Made by a program: the position numbers and the translations under genes. Below the pieces are notes generated by a model. That model was given only the letters and a program-made list of their open reading frames with translations, was not told where the DNA came from and searched no databases. Of a stretch of 41,606 nt of DNA, positions 18,363-25,493 are shown one piece after another. This DNA comes from Chloroflexota bacterium (GTDB taxonomy: Bacteria; Chloroflexota; Dehalococcoidia; UBA2979): positions 1 to 41,606 of the forward strand of contig VXMT01000019.1 in the NCBI GenBank assembly GCA_009840965.1, written 5' to 3'. Position 1 is the first letter of the stretch, and every line of letters begins with the position of its first letter.

Positions 18363-19907
18363 ATGTCCTTTGAACGTTCCCTGCGCTGCCGCGAGTGCGG
18401 GCGCGAGTTCCCGCTCGCCGCGGCCTTCTTCTGCGAGTTCTGTTTCGGCCCCCTCGAGGTCGCTTACGACTACGAGGGCATCGCGCGGTCGATCTCCCGC
18501 GAGTCGATCGCGGCCGGCCCGGCCACGCTCTGGCGCTACGCCGATCTGCTGCCGTCCGAGCCCGAGTACCGGGTGGACCTCGGGGCGGGCTTCACGCCGC
18601 TGCTGCGCGCCGACAACCTGGCCGCGGCGCTCGGCCTCGAGCGGCTCTGGATCAAGAACGACACCGTCAACCCGACGTGGTCGTTCAAGGATCGCGTCGT
18701 CTCCGTCGCGATCGCCAAGGCGCGCGAGTTCGGCTACACGGGCATCGCCTGCGCCAGCACCGGCAACCTCGCCAACTCCGTCGCCGCGCACGGCGCGCGG
18801 GCGGGCATGGAGACGATCGTCTTCATCCCGGACGACCTCGAGGAGGGCAAGGTCGTCGGCAGCGGCATCTATGAGCCGACCCTCGTCACCGTCGAGGGCT
18901 CCTACGACGATGTGAACCGCCTCTGCACGGAGGTCTCGCAATCCAAGCCCTGGGCCTTCGTCAACATCAACGTGCGGCCCTACTACGCCGAGGGCTCCCG
19001 CACCCTCGGCTTCGAGGTGGCCGAGCAGCTCGGCTGGCGCACGCCGGATCACTGTGTGGTGCCGATGGCCTCGGGATCCCTCTTCACGAAGATCTGGAAG
19101 GGCTTCAAGGAGCTGCACCAGGTCGGGCTGATCGACGAGCCGCGGACCCGCATGTCGGGCGCGCAGGCGGCGGGCTGCTCGCCGATCGCGACCGCGTTCG
19201 AGGAGGGCACGCTCAACTTCCGGCCGCAGAAGCCGGACACGATCGCGCGCTCGATCGCCATCGGCAACCCCGCGGACGGCTACTATGCCCTCAAGACGCT
19301 GGAGGAGACGGACGGCGTGGCGGCGATGGCCACGGACCCGGAGATCGTCGAGGGCATGAAGCTGCTGGCGGAGACCGAGGGCATCTTCGCGGAGACGGCG
19401 GGCGGCACGACGATCGCCTGCCTCAAGCACATGGTGGAGCGCGGGCAGATCCGGCCCGAGGAGGAGACCGTCGCCTTCATCACCGGCGGCGGCCTCAAGA
19501 CCACCGAGGCGCTGCAGGGCGCGCTCTCCGCCCCGCTGCACGTGCCCGCCCGCGGCGACGCGTTCATCGAGGCCTACGAGGCGCGACGGGAGGCGCATGA
19601 TGGCGAGCAGACCGGTCCGCTTCACCTTCTCGCCCGAGCTGATCCAGGAGCCGCTGATCTATCTGCTCGGCCACGAGTTCAAGGTGATCACCAACATCCG
19701 GATGGCCGACGTGGACGAGCGCGTCGGCTGGGTCGTGCTCGAACTCGAGGGCGAACCCGACGAGATCGATCGCGCCATCGCCTGGGCCGAGTCAAAGGGC
19801 GTGCGCGTGGACCAGGCGACCCTCGGCGACGTCGTCGAGGGCTAGCGAGCCGCAACCCGCCCGGCGCGCCGGGCCCGACAGCGAGAGGACCGCCGCGATG
19901 GCAGTGA
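18363..19907 (+). CDS. Threonine-synthase-family PLP enzyme with an N-terminal Zn ribbon (ThrC/MetM-like). The formal ORF ends at 19907, but coding signal ends near 19597.
   Basis: CRECGREF...CEFCFGP is the Zn ribbon. The PLP lysine motif is NPTWSFKDRVV, with CASTGNLANS and FITGGGLKT. After about aa 411 the frame becomes Arg/Pro/Gly junk with low GC3 and overlaps the whole NIL gene. Confidence 0.8.
   Translation: MSFERSLRCRECGREFPLAAAFFCEFCFGPLEVAYDYEGIARSISRESIAAGPATLWRYADLLPSEPEYRVDLGAGFTPLLRADNLAAALGLERLWIKNDTVNPTWSFKDRVVSVAIAKAREFGYTGIACASTGNLANSVAAHGARAGMETIVFIPDDLEEGKVVGSGIYEPTLVTVEGSYDDVNRLCTEVSQSKPWAFVNINVRPYYAEGSRTLGFEVAEQLGWRTPDHCVVPMASGSLFTKIWKGFKELHQVGLIDEPRTRMSGAQAAGCSPIATAFEEGTLNFRPQKPDTIARSIAIGNPADGYYALKTLEETDGVAAMATDPEIVEGMKLLAETEGIFAETAGGTTIACLKHMVERGQIRPEEETVAFITGGGLKTTEALQGALSAPLHVPARGDAFIEAYEARREAHDGEQTGPLHLLARADPGAADLSARPRVQGDHQHPDGRRGRARRLGRARTRGRTRRDRSRHRLGRVKGRARGPGDPRRRRRGLASRNPPGAPGPTARGPPRWQ
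19597..19845 (+). CDS. Stand-alone NIL (MetN C-terminal, ACT-like) domain protein
   Basis: 82 aa. VRFTFSPELIQEPLIYLLGHEFKVITNIRMADVDERVGWVVLELEG...AIAWAESKGVRVD aligns by eye with the E. coli MetN C2/NIL domain (...[24 protein letters not shown]...AIAWLQEHHVKVEV). By hand count, 76 of 82 codons end in G/C. Confidence 0.75.
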   Translation: MMASRPVRFTFSPELIQEPLIYLLGHEFKVITNIRMADVDERVGWVVLELEGEPDEIDRAIAWAESKGVRVDQATLGDVVEG

Positions 19908-20173
19908 ACGTGCGAATCCCCGCCCCGCTCCGCACCCTCACGGGCGACCAGGAGTTGGTCAGCATCGAGGGCGCAACCCTGGCCGACGTGGTCGAGCACC
20001 TCGAGGCGTCCTACCCGGGCATGCGCGAGCGGCTCTGCGAGGACGACGGCGAGCTGCGCCGCTTCGTAAACGTCTTCGTCAACGGCGAGGACGTGCGCTT
20101 CCTCTCCGGCCTCGCCAGCGAGCTGTCCGAGGGCGACGAGGTCTCGATTGTCCCGGCGGTGGCGGGAGGCTAG
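19898..20173 (+). CDS. CysO/MoaD/ThiS-family sulfur-carrier protein, 91 aa, C-terminal GG (carrier 1)
   Basis: It ends ...GDEVSIVPAVAGG-stop and carries LRRFVNVFVNGEDVRF. By eye roughly half of positions match the carrier at 25203. Confidence 0.85.
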   Translation: MAVNVRIPAPLRTLTGDQELVSIEGATLADVVEHLEASYPGMRERLCEDDGELRRFVNVFVNGEDVRFLSGLASELSEGDEVSIVPAVAGG

Positions 20174-20214
20174 CCGCCCGTCCGCCTGCTCTGATCGAGG
20201 ATGAGAGGCTGGCG

Positions 20215-21414
20215 ATGACCGGTTCCACGATTACGGACCTTCGCTACCACCTCGTGCACCCGACGCCGCCGGAGACGGGGCAGCCCGATCGCTACACCGC
20301 GGGCAAGAACCTCTGCTTCGTGCGCCTCGAGACGGCCGACGGCCTGCACGGCTGGGGCGAGTGCTACACGCAGTCGGATCGCGACATCCAGATCACCGCG
20401 CACCTCGAGGCGATGCGGCGCTACATCGAGGGCTGGGACGCGGCCCGCATCAAGCCGTGGACCGACGCCATCTACAACGACTTCGGCAACCGCCGCGGCG
20501 CGATGGACCTCTACTCCGCGATCTCCGGCGTCGAGCAGGCCATGTGGGACCTTGCCGGCAAGCGCGCGGGCATGCCCGTGAACCAGCTGCTCGGCGGCGC
20601 GGTGCGCGATCGGCTGCGCGTCTACGCCAACGGCTGGGCGCGCATGGACGACCTCGACGAGCTGCAGGCCCGCGCCCGGGCGATGGCCGACCGCGGCTTC
20701 ACCGGGCTCAAGTTCGACCCGGTGCCCGGCAAGTGGCGCAGCTACGTGGGCATGCCGGAGTTGCGCATCGCCGCCGACCGCGTGCGCGCGGTGCGCGAGG
20801 CGGTCGGCCCCGACGTCGACATCCTCGTCGAGGTGCACCGGCGGCTGAGCCCCTCGAACGCCGTGCGGCTGGCGAAGCTCGTCGAGGAGTACGAGCCGTA
20901 CTGGTTCGAGGAGCCGGTCTGGGCGGAGAACGTGACGGCGCTGGCCGCCGCCACGGCGCAGATCAACATCCCCACCGTCACCGGCGAGGAGCTCTACACC
21001 AAGTTCGAGTTTCGCGAGGTCTTCGAGCAGCGCGCCGCCGACATCATCAACCCCGACGTGGCGAACGTCGGCGGCATCAAGGAGCTGACCGAGATCGCGG
21101 CGATGGCCGAGGCCTACTTCGTCGCCGTCAGCCCGCACAACTACAACTCGACGACGGTGGCGCTGGCCTCGACGCTGCAGGCGGCGGCGACGATGCCGAA
21201 CTTCATCATCACCGAGTACTTCGTGAACTTCGAGCCGTGGGGCCGGGAGGCGGCGACGGCGCCGTTCGAGGTGGTCGACAGCCACATCGCCCTCCCGACG
21301 GCGCCGGGCCTCGGCATCGACCTCGACGAGGAAGTGCTGAAGGCGCACCCGGCGCGCGAGTTCCCGGTACGAACGATCGGCGATGAGGTGCTGAGCCAGG
21401 GAGCAGGTCGATGA
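20215..21414 (+). CDS. Enolase-superfamily enzyme (mandelate racemase / muconate lactonising family, acid-sugar-dehydratase-like)
   Basis: GWGEC, SGVEQAMWDLAGK, GLKFDP, VEVHRRL, WFEEP, TGEE and SPHN are present. 399 aa. Confidence 0.85.
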   Translation: MTGSTITDLRYHLVHPTPPETGQPDRYTAGKNLCFVRLETADGLHGWGECYTQSDRDIQITAHLEAMRRYIEGWDAARIKPWTDAIYNDFGNRRGAMDLYSAISGVEQAMWDLAGKRAGMPVNQLLGGAVRDRLRVYANGWARMDDLDELQARARAMADRGFTGLKFDPVPGKWRSYVGMPELRIAADRVRAVREAVGPDVDILVEVHRRLSPSNAVRLAKLVEEYEPYWFEEPVWAENVTALAAATAQINIPTVTGEELYTKFEFREVFEQRAADIINPDVANVGGIKELTEIAAMAEAYFVAVSPHNYNSTTVALASTLQAAATMPNFIITEYFVNFEPWGREAATAPFEVVDSHIALPTAPGLGIDLDEEVLKAHPAREFPVRTIGDEVLSQGAGR

Positions 21415-22496
21415 AGGTAAGCGGCTGGACCACCCGCGTGCTGGAGACGCCGGACGTCAATCCGCTCATCGTCGGCGTCGATCAGCCCGGCACGCGGGAG
21501 TTCGTAACGCTGGAGCTGGACACAGACGACGGCCTGCAGGGCATCGGCATCACGTTCTTCGGCGCCGCGCTGACCCCTGCCCTCCGCACCGCGGTCGACA
21601 ACCTCTGCGAGCTGACGGTGGGCGAGGACCCGCTGCAGGTGGAGGCGGTCACCGACAAGTTGTGGCTCGCGGCGGGGGGCGCCGGCCCCGAGGGCATCTT
21701 CACCCTCGCGATCTCGGCGATCGACATCGCGCTGTGGGACATCAAGGGCAAGGCTCTCGACCAGACCGTGTGCTCGCTGCTGGGCGGTCACCGCGACCGC
21801 GTGGTCACCTACGCCAGCGGCGCGCTGGGGCGCCCCATGACCATCGAGTACCTCGCCGAGGCGGGCCCCCGGCTGGTGGAGCAGGGCTTCAGGCAGATGA
21901 AGACGCAGATGGGCGCCGAGCCGACCGCCCGGCGCGAGGTGGCTCGTATCCGCACCCTGCGCGAGGCGATCGGGCCCGACATCGACTTGATGTGCGACAT
22001 CAACCAGCTCTGGGACGTGAACCAGGCCATCACCATCGGATCGCGGGTCGAGGAGTACCAGCTGTTCTGGCTGGAAGACGTCGTGGTCCGGGACGACTAC
22101 CAGGGCCTGGCGCGGGTGGCCGATGCGCTCACCACGCCGATCGCCGCCGGGGAGTACGTCTACGGCATCCGCCCGTTCCGGCACATGCTGGAGCAGCGCT
22201 CGATCGACATCGTGATGGTCGACCTGCTGCGGGTGGGCGGGTTCACGCAGTTCCGCAAGGTCGCCGGCATGGCCGAGGCCTTCAACCTGCCGGTGGTCAG
22301 CCACTTGATACCCGAGATGCAGGTGCACTCCATCGCCGCGATTCCCAACGGGCTGACGGTGGAGTACATGCCCTGGACGCTGCGGCTCTACGAGGAGACC
22401 CCGGCTATCGAGGACGGGCAGATCGTGGTGCCGGACAAGCCGGGCCTGGGTCTTGCCTTCGACCGGGACGCCCTCGAGCGCTACCAGGTGGGTTGA
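21411..22496 (+). CDS. Enolase-superfamily enzyme (mandelate racemase subgroup-like), paralogue 2
   Basis: SAIDIALWDIKGKA, MCDINQLWD, FWLEDV, AAGEY, MVDLLRVGG and SHLIPE are present. Its start overlaps the upstream stop (ATGA). Confidence 0.85.
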   Translation: MKVSGWTTRVLETPDVNPLIVGVDQPGTREFVTLELDTDDGLQGIGITFFGAALTPALRTAVDNLCELTVGEDPLQVEAVTDKLWLAAGGAGPEGIFTLAISAIDIALWDIKGKALDQTVCSLLGGHRDRVVTYASGALGRPMTIEYLAEAGPRLVEQGFRQMKTQMGAEPTARREVARIRTLREAIGPDIDLMCDINQLWDVNQAITIGSRVEEYQLFWLEDVVVRDDYQGLARVADALTTPIAAGEYVYGIRPFRHMLEQRSIDIVMVDLLRVGGFTQFRKVAGMAEAFNLPVVSHLIPEMQVHSIAAIPNGLTVEYMPWTLRLYEETPAIEDGQIVVPDKPGLGLAFDRDALERYQVG

Positions 22497-22511
22497 CCGA
22501 CCCCCGAACGG

Positions 22512-22539
22512 TTGGCGCGAGGGGGCCTTGTGCTAGAAT
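22512..22539 (+). promoter_or_regulatory. Promoter of the rrf2-cysK operon: TTGGCG-16 nt-TGcTAGAAT (extended -10)
   Basis: TTGGCG at 22512-22517, TG at 22531-22532 and TAGAAT at 22534-22539, about 40 nt before ATG 22578. Confidence 0.5.
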
Positions 22540-22560
22540 GTTGAGCAACTTACTCGACAT
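22538..22560 (+). promoter_or_regulatory. 23-bp imperfect palindrome ATGTtGAGcAA-c-TTaCTCgACAT, a candidate Rrf2 operator
   Basis: 9 of 11 arm positions are complementary. It overlaps the end of the -10 and the predicted transcription start. Confidence 0.45.
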
Positions 22561-22577
22561 TAGCGGCGGTCGGGTGC

Positions 22578-23024
22578 ATGTGGCTGAGCAGAAAAGGCGA
22601 CTACGGCGTTCGCGCGCTGATTGATCTCGCCCTCCACGACGGCGAGGGGCCGGTCCAGCGCGCGGGCATTGCCGATCGTCAGGAGATCCCGGAGTCCTAT
22701 CTCGACCACCTGCTGGCGCTGCTGCGCCGTGGCGGCTTCGTGCGCAGCGTGCGCGGCCCCGGAGGCGGCCATCTGCTCACCCGCCGCCCCGAGGAGATCT
22801 GCTTGCTGCACGTGATCGAGACCCTTGAGGGCTCCGTCGCCCCGATCTCCTGCATCGAGGACGGTGAGGAGTGCACGCACGACTGTGGTCTCTGCGCCCA
22901 GCGCCCCGTCTGGGAGGAGATCTACGAGGACATGCGTCGCCGCCTCAGGGCCGTGAGCATCGCCGACCTCGCGGAGCGCGCCCGCGTGCAGCAGCATGCC
23001 CGGGCCGCGAACTACTCGATCTGA
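22578..23024 (+). CDS. Rrf2-family transcriptional regulator (IscR/CymR-like) with a Cys cluster
   Basis: MWLSRKGDYGVRALIDLA is the wHTH N-terminus, with GPGGGHLL. The Cys cluster is CIEDGEECTHDCGLC. Its stop overlaps the cysK start (TGATG). Confidence 0.85.
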   Translation: MWLSRKGDYGVRALIDLALHDGEGPVQRAGIADRQEIPESYLDHLLALLRRGGFVRSVRGPGGGHLLTRRPEEICLLHVIETLEGSVAPISCIEDGEECTHDCGLCAQRPVWEEIYEDMRRRLRAVSIADLAERARVQQHARAANYSI

Positions 23025-23977
23025 TGACGACGGCCGCGCACGCCACCGAGGGTCGCCGCGCCCAGCCGGCGATCGCCGACTCCGTGCTCGATCTGATCGG
23101 GGACACGCCGCTCGTGCGTCTGCACGCAGTCGTGCCTGAGGGCTGCGCGGAGATCCTCGGCAAGCTCGAGTCGCGCAACCCGGCCGGCTCGGTCAAGGAC
23201 CGGATCGCGCTCAGCATGGTCGAGGAGGCCGAGCGCGAGGGCCTGATCGTGCCCGGCGACACGCTCGTCGAGCCGACCTCCGGCAACACCGGGATCGGCC
23301 TCGCGATGGTCTGCGCGCGCAAGGGCTATCGGCTGATCCTGACGATGCCCGAGGACATGAGCGTCGAGCGCCGCCGCCTGCTCGAGCGCTTCGGCGCGGA
23401 GCTGCGGCTGACCCCGGCGATCGAGGGCATGACCGGCGCGGTCTACGCCGCGCAGCAGTTGTCCGAGGAGCACGGCTATTTCATGCCGCAGCAGTTCGAC
23501 AACCTCGCAAACCCGCGCATCCACCGCGAGACGACGGGCCCCGAGATCATCGAGGCCACCGGCGGGCGACTGGACGCCTTCGTCGCGGGCGTCGGCACCG
23601 GCGGCTCGATCACCGGCATCGGCGAGGTGTTGCGCGAGGCCGTCGAGGGCGTGCGCATCGTCGCCGCCGAGCCGGCGCGATCGCCGGTGCTGCAGGGCGG
23701 CCGTGCGGGGCTGCACGGCATCCAGGGCATCGGCGCCTCGTTCGTGCCCGGCGTGCTCAACCGCGAGGTCTACGACGAGGTGATCAGCGTCCGCGACGAG
23801 GACGCCTACGCGATGACGGAGCGGCTCACTCGTGAGGAGGGTCTGCTCGTGGGCATCTCGGCCGGCGGCAACGTCTGGGCCGCGATCGAGGTCGGCAAGC
23901 GGCTCGGGTCGGGCTGTCGCGTGGTCACGATGTTGTGCGATACAGGCGAGCGCTACCTGAGCGTGGCGCTCTCGTGA
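23024..23977 (+). CDS. cysK: Cysteine synthase A (O-acetylserine sulfhydrylase)
   Basis: IGDTPLVRL, the PLP lysine motif NPAGSVKDR, EPTSGNTGIGLA, GVGTGGSITG and GISAGG are present. The start is at MTTAAHA; the 51 upstream codons of ORF 22871 overlap rrf2 out of frame. Confidence 0.9.
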   Translation: MTTAAHATEGRRAQPAIADSVLDLIGDTPLVRLHAVVPEGCAEILGKLESRNPAGSVKDRIALSMVEEAEREGLIVPGDTLVEPTSGNTGIGLAMVCARKGYRLILTMPEDMSVERRRLLERFGAELRLTPAIEGMTGAVYAAQQLSEEHGYFMPQQFDNLANPRIHRETTGPEIIEATGGRLDAFVAGVGTGGSITGIGEVLREAVEGVRIVAAEPARSPVLQGGRAGLHGIQGIGASFVPGVLNREVYDEVISVRDEDAYAMTERLTREEGLLVGISAGGNVWAAIEVGKRLGSGCRVVTMLCDTGERYLSVALS

Positions 23978-24042
23978 GCAGCAGGAGACAGGGAACGGAT
24001 CAGGGACAGATGGAACATCGGCAGGAAGGACGGCGATCGGAG

Positions 24043-25161
24043 ATGGCGGTCAGCGTCTACATCCCCCAGCCATTCCGCAGGTTCACCGCGAACCGCGAGT
24101 ACGTCGAGGTGGACGGCGGCGACGTCGCGGGCGTCCTCGAGGCAGTGAACGCGCGCTACCCGGGCTTCGACATGCTGGTCTACGACCGCGAGCGGCGGGT
24201 GCCGGCGCACATCAACATCTACGTCAACAACCAGGAGATCCACGAGCTCGACGGCATCTCCACCGCCGTCGCCGACGGCGCCCAGGTCGCGGTCATCCCC
24301 GCGCTCGCGGGCGGCGCCGCGGCGGGCGCGGCGCTCACCCCGGATGAGGCGATGCGCTACTCGCGACACATCATCATGTCGCAGGTTGGCTCGATCGGGC
24401 AGCGCCAACTGCGCAATGCGAAGGTGCTGATCGTGGGCGCGGGAGGGCTCGGCTCTCCGGTCGCGATCTACCTCGCGCTCGCCGGCGTCGGCACGATCGG
24501 CCTCGTCGATTTCGACGTGGTGGACCTCTCCAACCTGCAGCGCCAGCTGCTGCACCAGACCGAGGACGTCGGGCGCACGAAGCTCGACTCTGCAGTGGAC
24601 ACGCTGCACGCCTACAACCCGCACGTGCGGGTGGTCACGCACCCCGCGCCGCTGCACTCGGAGAACGCGATGGAGATCCTCGCGGACTACGAGATCGTGG
24701 TGAACGGCGCGGACAACTTCGCGACGCGCTACCTGGTCAACGACGCCGCCTACCTGCTGGGCAAGACGCTCGTCGACGGCTCGATCCTGCTCTTCGACGG
24801 GCAGGCCACCGTCTTCAAGCCGGGCGAGGGCTGCTACCGCTGCCTCTACCCCGCGCCGCCGCCGCCCGGCCTGGTGCCCTCGTGCGCCGAGGCGGGGGTG
24901 CTCGGCGCGATCACGGGCATCGTCGGCTCCATCCAGGCGACCGAGGTGTTCAAGCAGGTGCTGGGCATCGGGCGGCCGCTCGTAGGCCGGCTGCTGCTGG
25001 TGGACGCCTTGACCATGGAGTTCCGCGAGATGAAGCTGCGGCGCGACCCGGCCTGCCCGCTCTGCGGTGACGAGCCGACCGTCACGGAGCTCATCGACTA
25101 CGACGCGTTCTGCGGCGCCCCACCGCTCGAGGCCCCGATGGGCAACGGCGGCGGGCACTAG
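24043..25161 (+). CDS. In-frame fusion of a 91-aa CysO/MoaD-like carrier module (carrier 2, internal GG at aa 90-91) to a MoeB/ThiF-type E1 adenylyltransferase
   Basis: The N-terminal module ends ...AQVAVIPALAGG and continues AAAGAALTPDEAMRYSRHI. The E1 nucleotide loop is VLIVGAGGLGSP, with DLSNLQRQ, and the zinc cysteines are CYRC and CPLC. There is no rhodanese domain. Confidence 0.8.
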   Translation: MAVSVYIPQPFRRFTANREYVEVDGGDVAGVLEAVNARYPGFDMLVYDRERRVPAHINIYVNNQEIHELDGISTAVADGAQVAVIPALAGGAAAGAALTPDEAMRYSRHIIMSQVGSIGQRQLRNAKVLIVGAGGLGSPVAIYLALAGVGTIGLVDFDVVDLSNLQRQLLHQTEDVGRTKLDSAVDTLHAYNPHVRVVTHPAPLHSENAMEILADYEIVVNGADNFATRYLVNDAAYLLGKTLVDGSILLFDGQATVFKPGEGCYRCLYPAPPPPGLVPSCAEAGVLGAITGIVGSIQATEVFKQVLGIGRPLVGRLLLVDALTMEFREMKLRRDPACPLCGDEPTVTELIDYDAFCGAPPLEAPMGNGGGH

Positions 25162-25202
25162 AGCGCACGGCGCGGCTGCGGCGACAGGGGAGGGAGCCGG
25201 CC

Positions 25203-25478
25203 TTGGAGGTTCGGGTCAACGTGACCTCGGTCATCCAAAAGACCGTCGGCGGCCAGCGCGAGCTGACCGCCGAGGGCGGCACCGTCGCCGAACTGATCGA
25301 GGACATCGACAGGCGCTACCCGGGATTCCGGGAGCAGCTCGTCGACGAGGGCGGCGAGCTGCACCGCTTCGTCAACGTCTACCTCAACGACGAGGACGTG
25401 CGCTTCCTGGAGGGCGCCCGGACCGCGCTGAGCGAGGGCGACGAGATCTCGATCCTGCCCGCGCTCGCCGGCGGCTAG
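25203..25478 (+). CDS. cysO: CysO-type sulfur-carrier protein, 91 aa, C-terminal GG (carrier 3)
   Basis: TTG start. LHRFVNVYLNDEDVRFLEG...GDEISILPALAGG-stop closely resembles M. tuberculosis CysO (...LHRFVNIYVNDEDVRF...ILPAVAGG). It sits directly upstream of cysM. Confidence 0.85.
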   Translation: MEVRVNVTSVIQKTVGGQRELTAEGGTVAELIEDIDRRYPGFREQLVDEGGELHRFVNVYLNDEDVRFLEGARTALSEGDEISILPALAGG

Positions 25479-25493
25479 CGACGGAGGATCGCC

